Position numbers and translations under genes: made by a program. 64,000 bases of DNA, taken from positions 32,001 through 96,000 of the IMG/VR virus record IMGVR_UViG_3300036773_000146, one strand, 5' to 3'. This document shows positions 54,001-63,069 of the stretch, one piece after another. The notes beneath the pieces are model-generated. The model ran no database searches, had not been told where the DNA came from, and saw nothing but the letters and a program-made list of their open reading frames with translations. The DNA comes from a virus. Within the stretch, counting starts at the first letter, position 1; each line of letters begins with the position of its first letter.

Positions 54001-54396
54001 GACGCCCTTGTTCAGGCGTTGCAGGGTGTCCCAGTCGAGCCGGGCGTACTTGCCCCACAGGCCGTCACGGTAGGACTCGGTGGACATGGACCACAGGTTG
54101 CGCAGGCCCTCGTCGTCCATGGCCAGCAGGATCAGGTGCCAGTAGTCGGACGGCTTCTTGCCCCCCTCCTTGCGCTCGAACCGGTCATCGACGAAGTAGG
54201 CCTCCAGGCCGAAGATCGGCTTGATGCCCTCGGCCTTGCAGGCCAGCTGGAAGTCCGGATGCGCCGCGCAGATGCCGTGATCGGTGATGGCGAGCGCGGT
54301 CTGGCCGTCGGCGGCCGCGAGCTTGGCCAGCTCCTTCGGTGTGGAAAGGCCGTCCAACGCGGAATATTCTGAGTGCACGTGCAAATGGGTGAACAT
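51031..54396 (-). CDS. dnaE: DNA polymerase III alpha subunit
   Basis: HLHVHSEYSALDG PHP domain; GRGSGGGS; PDFDIDF; KFDLL; YQEQ; OB fold. Confidence 0.97.
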   Translation of the reverse strand: MFTHLHVHSEYSALDGLSTPKELAKLAAADGQTALAITDHGICAAHPDFQLACKAEGIKPIFGLEAYFVDDRFERKEGGKKPSDYWHLILLAMDDEGLRNLWSMSTESYRDGLWGKYARLDWDTLQRLNKGVIATTACLGGPVLKPLNRGDEELATSNLLRLHEIFGDRLYLEIQPGSAPEQVSGNQWLLDAATAYGIEPILACDSHYPMPDDKHSHKVWVASAIGKTLDELADSTMFEGDEDYHLMTEADARASVAYLGAHVDRLVANTMVVADRCTAEITLASHNPVYSRKTAEIPDPAQQDITRLLDDCLTRWDERTLGKRLDADAYMARFETEFGLIAEKGFAGYFLMVADLVGYAKQTGILVGPGRGSGGGSLVAYLLGITEIDPVEHDVLFERFMTKGRTELPDFDIDFPSSKKSEMYGYVARRWGADNVATVGTHMRLKSKSAIQAVARALKSQLPEDHWIDIQACSAIIEAAEGDTAGLGLSWDDLWDRAGELLQTYADKYPQVFELAEQFHGRLKSYGKHPAGVIIDPDAPLTENLPLRMGEDGQMIAQFDLKVLEMLGYVKFDLLNISNLDMLQKAMDLIRERTGKVINPYAWVDELEDPYLYEQISEGHTLGLFQIGSVIGTAMSRRMKPRDLHELADLVTLVRPGPSRSGLTDLYLARRKGEMEVSYADPRMEDVLAKTWGAMIYQEQLMKLCMVLAGYDDVQADKVRKVLGKKKVEEAKKLGVDFIERAMGNGTAEHVTRDLWEQMEEFARYSFGYAHALAYAILGVWTAWFKFHYPLYFLTAALSIVDAEKYPAFIEEARRMGYKVLPPDINLSGRGFSLGDTGLDIRFGIDSIKGVGPAAVESILGGQPYASWEDFCERSGANVGVVKTLVRIGALDSLVPNRRYLERVLEHGAIKDAEKCVHRGPATSDVVWLPTPKRGASQEPEKIDWAIPCGYDWATEPDEVNAATGKKVRRKPPPKKCSKACRQWQPITVDDAVGTVAPYTDKQIREIEQDMLGIYLSSTPFDAIPAEDLAEFATAEDVESGPNGTYMVAALLQDHYHAKNRQDMGFVKLTTPRGTVSAVCFPDEWEQFSPQFRKGGLVYTSMLKTDRGQTLKVYLPIDDTE

Positions 54397-54430
54397 CTGG
54401 GCATCCTCTGGTACGGATGCGATGTGCGAG

Positions 54431-54463
54431 CGCCGGAGCCCCTACCTGGGCGAGGCTCCGGCG
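54431..54463 (-). terminator. stem-loop between ssb and dnaE
   Basis: CGCCGGAGCC...GGCTCCGGCG. Confidence 0.5.
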
Positions 54464-54495
54464 ATCGGCTACATCGTATCGGACAGGTGAGTGGA

Positions 54496-55572
54496 TCAGT
54501 CCGCCGATGCGGTGGAGACGTTCTTGAGACGGGCCTTCATCGCTTCCATCCGGTCCCGGGTGGTCGAACCCGAGGAGGCGTCGCCCTCCTCCGGAAGAGC
54601 GCCCGCCATGTCGCCGTCGTGGCTGGAGTCGGGCTCGCTGACCGGCTCCGCGCGCTTGGCCACGCGCTGCTTCGGCGTGGCCTTCTGCTCGTCCTTGGAC
54701 TCGTCGTCGTCCTTGGTCCCGAGGACCGGGAACGGGTGCCGGGTGTCGAAGAACTTGTCGTAGTGGTTGTCGGCGGCCTGCTCCTCGATCACGGCTTCGA
54801 GGTCGAGGATCTTCGCGTACGACTCGCGCACCGCCGGGTCCTGAAGGGTGTACGGCTTGCCGTCGTCGTTGAAGATCTTGTCCAGGGGGACGATGTCGAA
54901 GTCGGTGTCCTTGCCGGAGCCCACCTTGGTGATCTTGTAGTCCCGGTCGAGGACCGTGCCGTAGGTCTCCGCGCAGGCCTGGAATTTCTGGAAGAAGTTG
55001 CTCATCGCCTGGTTGAGAACGATGACCTCCTTCTCCTTCTTGGTCTTGCCCGTCGACTCGCCCTTGACGTCGGTCTCCTCGATCTCGACCTCGCGGTCCT
55101 GGTAGCCGACCGGCAGTCCGACCTGGTACTCCTCGATCTCACCGCGCGCGAGCATGGCCTTCGTACCGATGATCTCGTCGCGCAGAACCGCGCGGGCCCA
55201 GACCCGGATCTGCGGGAAGTACTTGCCCCGCTTGTTGTTGGGGTTGGTCATCTCGTCGCAGATGAAGCACTCGCCGTCGAACTCGGGGAAGACCAGGTCG
55301 CCTTCCTTGGTCTTCGACTTGCGGCAGACGGCACCCATGGTCTCGGGCCACTTCTTGCCCGACTCGGACTTGAAGTCCGGCGGCGTGCCCTTGGTGGGGA
55401 CGAAGCTGTGCTGGTGGATCCAGATCCACTCTTCGTGATCGTCGACCAGCCGCACGATCGCGGACTCGTCCTCTGCCAGCCGGAGGTAGTTGGTCTTGCG
55501 GAAGCCGGAGCGGGCGGCCTGCTCTTTGACCGCTTCGCGGGCGGACTTGCCACCCTTGTTGAAATTCGCCAT
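54496..55572 (-). CDS. gp32-like single-stranded DNA-binding protein
   Basis: L...ESAIVR....H......C.......C.IC; DRDYKIT..G.G.DT; acidic tail. Confidence 0.75.
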   Translation of the reverse strand: MANFNKGGKSAREAVKEQAARSGFRKTNYLRLAEDESAIVRLVDDHEEWIWIHQHSFVPTKGTPPDFKSESGKKWPETMGAVCRKSKTKEGDLVFPEFDGECFICDEMTNPNNKRGKYFPQIRVWARAVLRDEIIGTKAMLARGEIEEYQVGLPVGYQDREVEIEETDVKGESTGKTKKEKEVIVLNQAMSNFFQKFQACAETYGTVLDRDYKITKVGSGKDTDFDIVPLDKIFNDDGKPYTLQDPAVRESYAKILDLEAVIEEQAADNHYDKFFDTRHPFPVLGTKDDDESKDEQKATPKQRVAKRAEPVSEPDSSHDGDMAGALPEEGDASSGSTTRDRMEAMKARLKNVSTASAD

Positions 55573-55639
55573 TTTCGTGCCATTTCCTTCGCGTGTGGTG
55601 TCGTATTTTTGTCGTGTAACGCGTGGAGGTGTCGTGTTT

Positions 55640-56476
55640 TTAGTTTCCGTCCAGGAGTGCGGCGGCCGCTGCGGCTGCCATGTCCTGGTCGGGTTCGTGG
55701 TCTTCCCGGAGGTAGGCCGTGCTCATACCGTACGTGCGGTGTACGACAAAACGTGAGTCCGTGCGGCTGCGCCCGCAAAATCCGACGCAGAAACGGATCG
55801 ACACCTCCTGTGCGGCGAGCTGACTGACGATCATCGACTGCCAGCGAGCCAGACGCCCGGTTTCCGGACACCCACTCGACCACCGGTAGTAGCCCCAGAG
55901 CCACGGCTGCTGATCGAGACCTTCATCATGCACGAGATCCGGCTCTTTGTCATCCCCTTCCGGGTAGTGGCGGGGTGACGAGTCACTCTCGGGCTCCAGA
56001 CCCATCTCACGCATGATCTCGTGCTGCGTGGCCCGGGTGTCCGGAGACGGATTCCGGCGCATCGCCTCGCGCTTGATCCGCTCTTCGAGCAGCCGCTTCT
56101 GGACGCGGTCGAGGTGCGTCTCGCCGAGCGGGGCCCGGTTGTAGGCCCGGCGGGCGTCCTCGTCCAGCAGCAGCTGGAACACCTCGGTCAGGTACGGGTC
56201 GTCCGGTCCCCCGGCGGCCGCGTAGTGCTCCCGCAGACTCCGGCGGGTGATGCCCTCGTAGGGGAAGGAGAACCCCAGCGCGCGGTAGTAGCCGTTCACG
56301 TCGAAGACGACCATGGGCACGATGGCCAGCACCGTGCACGAGGACGCCTCCAGAGGCCCGCTGCCCGCACGCCGGGGTCGGTCGTACCAGCCGGGCTCCA
56401 CGACCGCCTGCGGGGCAGCTGAGGGCCCGTACTGGTACCCGGAGAGATCCAGCGGCGGGCCGAATCCCCCGCTCAT
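55640..56476 (-). CDS. J-domain-like protein (GPD in place of HPD)
   Basis: YYRALG......SLREHY...GGPD....EVFQLLLDEDARRAYN. Confidence 0.7.
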   Translation of the reverse strand: MSGGFGPPLDLSGYQYGPSAAPQAVVEPGWYDRPRRAGSGPLEASSCTVLAIVPMVVFDVNGYYRALGFSFPYEGITRRSLREHYAAAGGPDDPYLTEVFQLLLDEDARRAYNRAPLGETHLDRVQKRLLEERIKREAMRRNPSPDTRATQHEIMREMGLEPESDSSPRHYPEGDDKEPDLVHDEGLDQQPWLWGYYRWSSGCPETGRLARWQSMIVSQLAAQEVSIRFCVGFCGRSRTDSRFVVHRTYGMSTAYLREDHEPDQDMAAAAAAALLDGN

Positions 56477-56649
56477 GCGCCTTCGGGATCAGCGACGGAC
56501 CACTCCTGCGGCTCCTCGTCGTCCCAGTCGCCCGCCGGGGCGGCCGGGCGACCGTCGCCGGAGAGGCTGGCGCTCAGGGTGATGCCCTCGGGCAGCTCCT
56601 CGCCGCCCTCCTGCTGCTCCGCCTGGTGCTCGGTGCCGTACTTGCGCAT
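56473..56649 (-). CDS. small acidic hypothetical protein
   Basis: AAGGA RBS, ATGA overlap. Confidence 0.5.
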   Translation of the reverse strand: MRKYGTEHQAEQQEGGEELPEGITLSASLSGDGRPAAPAGDWDDEEPQEWSVADPEGA

Positions 56650-56654
56650 GGCGA

Positions 56655-58763
56655 TCATCCTTCTTTCCATTCGGTGAGAGCCGTGGGCCGCTGCCAGAGC
56701 GACCAGGGCACGGCGGTCTTGACGAACCGATCCACCACGTCGTCGGGCAGGTCGGCGGGATCCTTCCCACGGTAGGGGAACTCGACTACCCGGACCGGCA
56801 CATACCGCGTCAGGGCACCGAGGAGTCGTTCGGTGCCCTCCCAGCCGCCGGGGTCCGGGTCGAACCAGACCGTCAGCGACCGGGCTCGTTGCAGGATGCG
56901 CACCTGCTCGTCGGTGACCACCTTGCCGAAGCTGGCGATCATCGGCTGGTGATGGCAGTGCCGCAGGACCGACATCGGGCTCTCCACGAGCACCTGGTCG
57001 AGGTTCGGGCCATCCCAGCCGTAGATGATCCGGTTACGCGGGCAGCCGACGGAGTTCCGGTACTTCTCCGGGTGCGCGTCCTGCGGGCGGATAGCGCGAG
57101 CCTGCCAGCCGACCAGACGGCCCTCCCACCGGATCGGGATGATGATCCGCTCTTGGGGGTCGCGCGGCACCGGCGATCCGTCATAGTCACGCAGAACCGC
57201 ACCGGCCTCGTCGCGCTCGTATCCCATCGGATAGTGCTCGGCGTAGCCGATGCCGAAGCGGCGGCAGTTCTCTTCTGGGATCCCCCGGCAGGTGATGTCG
57301 CCGTAGGTCGCCTCGTCGGTCATGTACGGGTGGACGTTGTCCCAGGTCCACGGGTCCATGGTGGAATCCGGATAGACGGGCATCTCCTCGGCGCGCAGGG
57401 CCTGTCGGTTGAAGATCGCGTCGAGCTGCTCCAGGATCTTCGTCTTGTCCAGGACGTGCCCGTCGAGGCCCGTCTGCTCACCCAGCCATGCCCGTGCCGC
57501 CGTGTGGTCGTGCTCGCCGCGCACCAGGGCGATGAACCACAGCATGCCGCCGCGCGCACCGCAGCCGAGGCAGTTCCCCGTGAGCACGTTCCCGGCGAGC
57601 ACGAAGGACTGCGTGGTCGGCACCTCGGCACAGTAGACATCCTCGATCCGGTCGGTCTCTTCCACAGAGACCACCCACCAGTGCGTCCGCTCGTATCGAC
57701 GTCGCTCCTTGGCCTCCTCGAACCGCACCCGATGTGCGGGGATGAGGAAAAATTCAGGAGTCAGCGTGGAGTTGCGGAACGACAGCGCAGAAAGCTGGCC
57801 CTCTCGGCCGTGGATTCCAACTCGTGTCTTGGTCGAGAGTGAATAGGTGGCGACTCCGAGGCGATCACAGAGTGCCACGATGAAACGCAATGTCTCTTCC
57901 GATGCGCAGCTCAAGGTGATATGCCCGTCATCTGCCACGCACCCGTCGGCCGCGAAGTACCCGGCCAACCAGCCCCAGAGGTAGCTTGCCCCCTCGTTCA
58001 ATGAAGGGAGGCTCTTCCAGGAGCGGGGAAGTCCTCGGGTGATCACAGATCGGTCAGAGTAGTGCTTCACCTCATGGCCTGCGAAGTGCGGCAACATGGC
58101 CGCATCTTTTGCTCCGAAGAAGTTCGCTCGTGCGCCGTGTTCGGTCTGCTGACCATCTCCGTAAACAAATCCGGCCATGATCCCGATGGGCGACAGTCCG
58201 GTGCGGCCCGTGCGCGTCATGGCCCACACTGACGGGATTCGCTGACGGGGTTTGAGCTGGACCGTAGTGGTCTCCACCAGCCTGCTTTCGCGCCCCTTGG
58301 GCCGGATGTACCAGCGATGCTCGCCCGTGGTCTCCACGACGCGCTGGACACCGTTGCGTGACATCGTGACGCGGTAGATCCGATCGCGCCCATAGTGCTT
58401 GACCGGCGCATCCACCCACTTGCCATTGCCGTCAAGCAGCCGCACAGTCTGCCCAGCCAGCTTCGCGATCGGCACCTCGCCGTCGTAGGTCTTCACCAGG
58501 GTGTCCCCGGTGAGGCAGTGAAAGGCGAGCTTTTTGTAATTAAGTGACGCCGAAGGGTTACGGTCACCGTGGGCATGCGCATCCGGCACCGGGCAGCTGT
58601 GCACGATCTCGCCACGCGCCGTCGGCTGGCGGATGTTCTGGGCCCCGATCTCGGCCAGCAGATCCAGGCAAAGCTGCTTCTTGGTCTCGTCGTCGAGCAG
58701 GCCTGCATCGAACAGTCCCGCGCCCTGCGGCAGCGTCGCGGCACCCCGGTTGAAGTTAGCCAT
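56655..58763 (-). CDS. dnaG: DnaG-like primase with intein
   Basis: CP..H.D..PS...FH[intein]CLGCG zinc finger; RIIIPI; TOPRIM LVE...FDPDPGG...KDP. Confidence 0.9.
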   Translation of the reverse strand: MANFNRGAATLPQGAGLFDAGLLDDETKKQLCLDLLAEIGAQNIRQPTARGEIVHSCPVPDAHAHGDRNPSASLNYKKLAFHCLTGDTLVKTYDGEVPIAKLAGQTVRLLDGNGKWVDAPVKHYGRDRIYRVTMSRNGVQRVVETTGEHRWYIRPKGRESRLVETTTVQLKPRQRIPSVWAMTRTGRTGLSPIGIMAGFVYGDGQQTEHGARANFFGAKDAAMLPHFAGHEVKHYSDRSVITRGLPRSWKSLPSLNEGASYLWGWLAGYFAADGCVADDGHITLSCASEETLRFIVALCDRLGVATYSLSTKTRVGIHGREGQLSALSFRNSTLTPEFFLIPAHRVRFEEAKERRRYERTHWWVVSVEETDRIEDVYCAEVPTTQSFVLAGNVLTGNCLGCGARGGMLWFIALVRGEHDHTAARAWLGEQTGLDGHVLDKTKILEQLDAIFNRQALRAEEMPVYPDSTMDPWTWDNVHPYMTDEATYGDITCRGIPEENCRRFGIGYAEHYPMGYERDEAGAVLRDYDGSPVPRDPQERIIIPIRWEGRLVGWQARAIRPQDAHPEKYRNSVGCPRNRIIYGWDGPNLDQVLVESPMSVLRHCHHQPMIASFGKVVTDEQVRILQRARSLTVWFDPDPGGWEGTERLLGALTRYVPVRVVEFPYRGKDPADLPDDVVDRFVKTAVPWSLWQRPTALTEWKEG
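57573..58517 (-). mobile_element. intein (315 aa) with LAGLIDADG homing endonuclease
   Basis: CLTGDT block A; GEHRW block B; AGFVYGDG and LAGYFAADG; ends VYCAEV...LTGN/C. Confidence 0.92.
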
Positions 58764-60072
58764 CGGTCGCCTCCGACAGGGCGCGGATGTCGCCGACCCC
58801 GAGGCGCCAGGCCATGTTCCAGGCGTTCGGCATGGGTTCCACACGACGGCCCTTGAGCTTCTGCCAGAGCACGCCGTCCTCGTTGTCCTCGGTCGGTTGC
58901 AGCATGGCGGTGTGCACGTGGTCGGCGCTGCGCTCGACCTCGGAGGACTCGGCGAAATCCTCCATGTGGTGCCGCCCGCCCTTGCGCGCGTTCTTGATGC
59001 CCTCACGGTTGATCTGGGCCATCACCATCAGCGAGAGCTTGTCCGCGCCCGAGGAGACCAGTCGCTTGAATCCGCGCATGATCTGCGCGACTTCCTCGTT
59101 GCGCTTGTAGGTGCGGGAGCCGGGCATCGGCTCGACGTGCGAGAGCTGGTCGACGATCAGCGACTCGGCCCCGACGGAGAGGGCCCGGCGGACGATGGCC
59201 ACGGGGTCGCGGTCGCCCTCGTCGGGCATGACCGCGATCGGGCCGTGCTCGGTGTCGGACACCTGGCGCCGTGCCACGTGGAAGCGCAACAGCGAGCCCT
59301 CGTCGAGCTTGCCTTGCTGGAACCGGGCGTAGGAGATGCCCGCCAGCACGCAGGCCATCCGGTCGTAGGTCATCTCCAGGTCGTTCTCCAGGGTGACCAG
59401 CATGCAGCGGCGCCCCCGGCGCCAGTCGGCCACGGCCGCCTTGATCGCGACCCAGCTCTTGCCGACGCCGGAGCCCGCGCCGAAGATGGCGATCTCGCCG
59501 GGCCAGATGCCCATCAGGTGCTCGTCGATCAGCGGCAGGCCGAAGGTCAGGCCTTTGACGTGGTTGCGCGCCGTGGCGCGCTCCTGGTAGCGGATCCAGG
59601 CGTCGTCCAGGCCGATGTCGGCGGCCATCTCCTGGTGATGGCTGGTGACCCGCTGAGAGAGGTCGTAGAGCTGCCCCGCATAAGTCCGGACCAATTCCGG
59701 CCGGTCGGGTGCCGGAGCGTCGGCCATCTCGACCGCCAGGGCCTTGACGAACACCTGCACCACGTGGTTGGCGTACTGGCTGCGCAGCTCCTCGACGGCC
59801 CACTGGATCGAGTCGTCGTCGTACTCGTCGTCCACGACCAGGCCGAGCCGCTCCATCTCGCGGCCCCAGGTGGTGGTGATGCCCTCTTTCGTGGGCGCGA
59901 GCTTGCGGCCGCTCTTGTGGTACTGGTCGAGTGTCCAGGCCACGAGATCGCGACCCAGCTCGGTGGGGATGCACTCGCGGTTGTGTTCGCTGGAGAAGCC
60001 CTCGCGGACGAGATAGTCCAGCGAATCGGTGGTGGTGAGGTTGTTGTAGAGGACTTCCTCGGCGTGGTTCAT
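58756..60072 (-). CDS. dnaB: DnaB-like replicative helicase
   Basis: GAGSGVGKSW; TLEN; IVDQL; AQINR; SSEVERSAD. Confidence 0.93.
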   Translation of the reverse strand: MNHAEEVLYNNLTTTDSLDYLVREGFSSEHNRECIPTELGRDLVAWTLDQYHKSGRKLAPTKEGITTTWGREMERLGLVVDDEYDDDSIQWAVEELRSQYANHVVQVFVKALAVEMADAPAPDRPELVRTYAGQLYDLSQRVTSHHQEMAADIGLDDAWIRYQERATARNHVKGLTFGLPLIDEHLMGIWPGEIAIFGAGSGVGKSWVAIKAAVADWRRGRRCMLVTLENDLEMTYDRMACVLAGISYARFQQGKLDEGSLLRFHVARRQVSDTEHGPIAVMPDEGDRDPVAIVRRALSVGAESLIVDQLSHVEPMPGSRTYKRNEEVAQIMRGFKRLVSSGADKLSLMVMAQINREGIKNARKGGRHHMEDFAESSEVERSADHVHTAMLQPTEDNEDGVLWQKLKGRRVEPMPNAWNMAWRLGVGDIRALSEATDG

Positions 60073-60165
60073 TGCGGCTCCGGTGCGCCTGTGCCTGTGG
60101 GCATGAACATGGTGCTGCTCCTGATCACTGCCCCCGCCCTGATGGAGCGGGGGCCCTCGGCGAGG

Positions 60166-60597
60166 TCAGAGCATGGACGAAATCCTGGCGGCGAACACGG
60201 GGTCACTGGTCTTGTGGAAGCGAGCCACCGAGACCGGCGCGCCGAGCCACTCGCCACCGGCCTGCTCGAAGGCGTACCGGGCGATGTCCATCCCCAGTCC
60301 CTCCCAGCGAGCGGCGAACCCCATGAAAACGGTGTTTTCCTTGCGGACGTCACGCGGGAACGGCCCGTGGACGGCCAGCAGCTGTTCGATCACGTAGTCG
60401 CGGACGTGTTCCCACTCGTAGGAGCCGGACGCGTCTACGTCATTCTTCGGGTCGTGGGCGGGCTCCTGGGGTGCAGGAGCGACGGCCGGGATGACCGTGA
60501 CCCGCTCCTGCACCATGGGAACCTCAGCCCGGACTGTCTGGACCTCTGCGGCTTGGGTCGTCCGCGCACGGTCCGTATCGGTCTGGAAGTTCAGCAC
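60166..60597 (-). CDS. hypothetical protein
   Basis: GAGGAG RBS. Confidence 0.65.
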   Translation of the reverse strand: MLNFQTDTDRARTTQAAEVQTVRAEVPMVQERVTVIPAVAPAPQEPAHDPKNDVDASGSYEWEHVRDYVIEQLLAVHGPFPRDVRKENTVFMGFAARWEGLGMDIARYAFEQAGGEWLGAPVSVARFHKTSDPVFAARISSML

Positions 60598-60647
60598 CGG
60601 TTCTCCTCATGGTCGAATGCTTATCTGCCCAGGTCAGAGCAGTCTTC

Positions 60648-61031
60648 CTAACGCCTGTCGAAGACGTTCTTGGTGATCCAGGTCCGGAACCGGATGATCA
60701 AGATATCCATCTCGCCCTTGAGGGGCTCCTGATCATAGGTGCGGTCCGTGTGGATCTCCAGGTGCGGGACACTGTCTCGAAGCAGGAGATGATGACGCAA
60801 GATCTGCTTCTCCTGTTGCGGGGTGTGCTCCGGCTGGAGGATGAACCAGCAATCGTCGTCGTATCCGGCGAAGTAGCCGGACACGCTGGCGGCCTCTGAA
60901 CCACGGATGTAAGCCGTGATCTTCTGGCCCCTGATCGTGGCCCGGCCGAGCTGACGGAGCATCGTCGTCGCGGTGTCCCGCAACGGTGTCAGCTCCTCGT
61001 CCGTGCCAGGATCGATCGGCGTGCTGGGCAC
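60648..61031 (-). CDS. hypothetical protein (Sm-like barrel?)
   Basis: AGGAGG RBS; VSGYFAGYDD. Confidence 0.6.
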   Translation of the reverse strand: MPSTPIDPGTDEELTPLRDTATTMLRQLGRATIRGQKITAYIRGSEAASVSGYFAGYDDDCWFILQPEHTPQQEKQILRHHLLLRDSVPHLEIHTDRTYDQEPLKGEMDILIIRFRTWITKNVFDRR

Positions 61032-61085
61032 AACGTCCTCCTGGTGTCATATCCCTGGGGCACCCATTGGGTGCTCCGGAAGTGG

Positions 61086-62036
61086 CTAGGGCTGGCTACC
61101 ACTCCTCTCCGCCCGGTCGCGGCGCAACGAATGCCCCGGCAGCCGGGTCTTGATCCAGAGCCGGTTCGCCTGGTGGCGGGCCAGCAGGGTGGTCAGTTCA
61201 TACCGGCGGAAAAAGATCTCCACCGGGTCACCCGGAGTGGCCTCGTCGTGCTGACGCAGCCGGGTGGGTTCGGGGGCGGGCAGGAGCGGCGTCGCCACGA
61301 GCAGGTCCACCAGTTCGACGTTCGTGAGGATCCGGTCCCGCTCGGAGGGGTATTCCTCCCGCAGGGCGCGGTCGAGATTCCAGTCGTACCGGGCCAGCAG
61401 GGCCAGGGCACGCTTGGGGCCGACCCCGGCGATACCGATGACATTGTCGGAGGAGTCGCCGCGCAGCGCGGTCACCAGCGGCCAGCGGCGGGGCGTGCAG
61501 CCCAGCTCGGCCTCGACCCGGTCGGCGTCCCAGTAGTCCGGGCCGGTACTCAGGTCGGGGAATCGCCGGACGATGGTGTGCCCGTCGAACGGATTCTGCC
61601 CGGCCAGCTGGAGCAGGTCCTTGTCCCCGGAGACGATGATGATCTCCTCTTCGCCGACGATGGAATTCCACCAGCCCGCGATGAGGTCATCCGCCTCCTC
61701 ATCCGGGCGCCAGGCGCTCTGGATACCCGCGCGGGTGAGGAAGTCCCGCATGGCCGCGAAGGTGGCGTCCTTGGCGAACTCAGGGGCCTCTTTCCGGTTG
61801 CCCTTGTAGCTCGCCGACAACGCGAGCCGCCGAACACTGCGGCCGTCCCAGGCCACGGCCACGTGGCTGGCGTCCTCTCCGCCGACGATCTTCGTGAGCA
61901 TGTTGACGAAGATCATCAAGGCACCGGTCGGCACACCGTCATCCGTGGACAGCGCCGTACCCGAGGCCGAGGCCGCATGCACGGCCCGCATGGCCAGATT
62001 GTTGCCGTCGATAAGCAGATACTTGCTCACGGTCAC
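61086..62036 (-). CDS. 5'-3' exonuclease / flap endonuclease
   Basis: LLIDGNNL; YKGNR; EADD; SGDKDLLQL; GDSSDNVIGIAGVGPK. Confidence 0.93.
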   Translation of the reverse strand: MTVSKYLLIDGNNLAMRAVHAASASGTALSTDDGVPTGALMIFVNMLTKIVGGEDASHVAVAWDGRSVRRLALSASYKGNRKEAPEFAKDATFAAMRDFLTRAGIQSAWRPDEEADDLIAGWWNSIVGEEEIIIVSGDKDLLQLAGQNPFDGHTIVRRFPDLSTGPDYWDADRVEAELGCTPRRWPLVTALRGDSSDNVIGIAGVGPKRALALLARYDWNLDRALREEYPSERDRILTNVELVDLLVATPLLPAPEPTRLRQHDEATPGDPVEIFFRRYELTTLLARHQANRLWIKTRLPGHSLRRDRAERSGSQP

Positions 62037-62443
62037 TCGCCTCTTTCCGGCTGGGCCAGCCCCGAAAGGACTTTCAGTGCGATGTGATTGAGCAGGTCCT
62101 GCAAGAGAACGGGCGCGGAATCACGCCGTTGCGGGCCGGTGCTGGGCAGCCGCTCGGACTCGTTGAGCCGCTCCAGGCACATCTCCAGGGCGCGGGACAG
62201 TTCCTCGCGGACGACGTCCTGCGGGTCCGGGCGCGGCCCGTGCACCGTCGGCGCGATGTGCTGGCACTGTGCGCACAGCGGGGTGCCGTCATGCGGGCAC
62301 TCGTAGAGCGCCTCGTACTTTTCACAGCTGGCGCAGATCAAACCCAGGTGCGCAGGGCACCGGTGCTCGTCGCCCTCGGGCATGCTCTTGCAGTACGAGC
62401 TGTCCCGCAGGCCGTAGCCGCAGATCCCTCGGTCGCCGGTCAC
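62033..62443 (-). CDS. Cys/His-rich zinc-binding protein
   Basis: C..HRCPAH...CASC...CP...LCAQC.H. Confidence 0.65.
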   Translation of the reverse strand: MTGDRGICGYGLRDSSYCKSMPEGDEHRCPAHLGLICASCEKYEALYECPHDGTPLCAQCQHIAPTVHGPRPDPQDVVREELSRALEMCLERLNESERLPSTGPQRRDSAPVLLQDLLNHIALKVLSGLAQPERGE

Positions 62444-63069
62444 TCGGACTCCTTGTCGTTCAGGAAGGTGATGTCGCGCTCGGCGCGCAGCAGGGCCGTG
62501 GAGGCCTTCTTGATGTCGGCGCCGTAGCTCGGCATCGGCCGGTCGTCGTCGGCGTGCTCCATCTGGTCCAGGACCAGGGTGATCACCTGGCGGCGCACCT
62601 GGGACGCGCCGTTCCAGTGCTTGACCAGGAATCCGCCGTCACCGATCTCGTACAAGTTCAGGATGGCCACGGCCTTGACCACACGGATGGTCATGGCGAA
62701 CTGCAAGGCGCTGATCGCCCGGTCGGCGAGCAGGATGTGCGCGAGGTTCTCGACGTCGTGCAGGCCGAAGCGGCGATGGCCGGAATCGGTGCGGGGCGGG
62801 TCGTAGGTACCCCGGCGCTCGACCAGCCGCTGACGCAACCACACGGTGCTCTTGCCGAAGAAGACGTGTGCGACTTCCATCGCGGTGAACGTCGGCTTCT
62901 GACCGGCGGCCAGGAACATCTCCTCGGTCACCCAGCGCGGTCTGTCCGGCGGAGTGAGGACGCCTTCGCCGGAGACGACGAACGGCTCGATCGGGTATTG
63001 CATGGGCCCTCCAGGCGAGGCGAAGGGCCGCCCGGCATCCCCCTGCGGAGCCGGGCGGCCCGAGATCAC
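62440..63069 (-). CDS. MerR-like HTH DNA-binding protein (alternative start 63003)
   Basis: FTAMEVA.VFFGKS..WLR...RT.SGHRRF.L.DVE. Confidence 0.75.
   Translation of the reverse strand: MISGRPAPQGDAGRPFASPGGPMQYPIEPFVVSGEGVLTPPDRPRWVTEEMFLAAGQKPTFTAMEVAHVFFGKSTVWLRQRLVERRGTYDPPRTDSGHRRFGLHDVENLAHILLADRAISALQFAMTIRVVKAVAILNLYEIGDGGFLVKHWNGASQVRRQVITLVLDQMEHADDDRPMPSYGADIKKASTALLRAERDITFLNDKESE

Noticed and set aside
51124-54372. 1082-aa plus-strand ORF (also 41131-43428, 58633-60651, 12550-13857)
   Set aside because: Antisense shadows of dnaE, terL, dnaB and others, caused by high GC3; no motifs or RBS.
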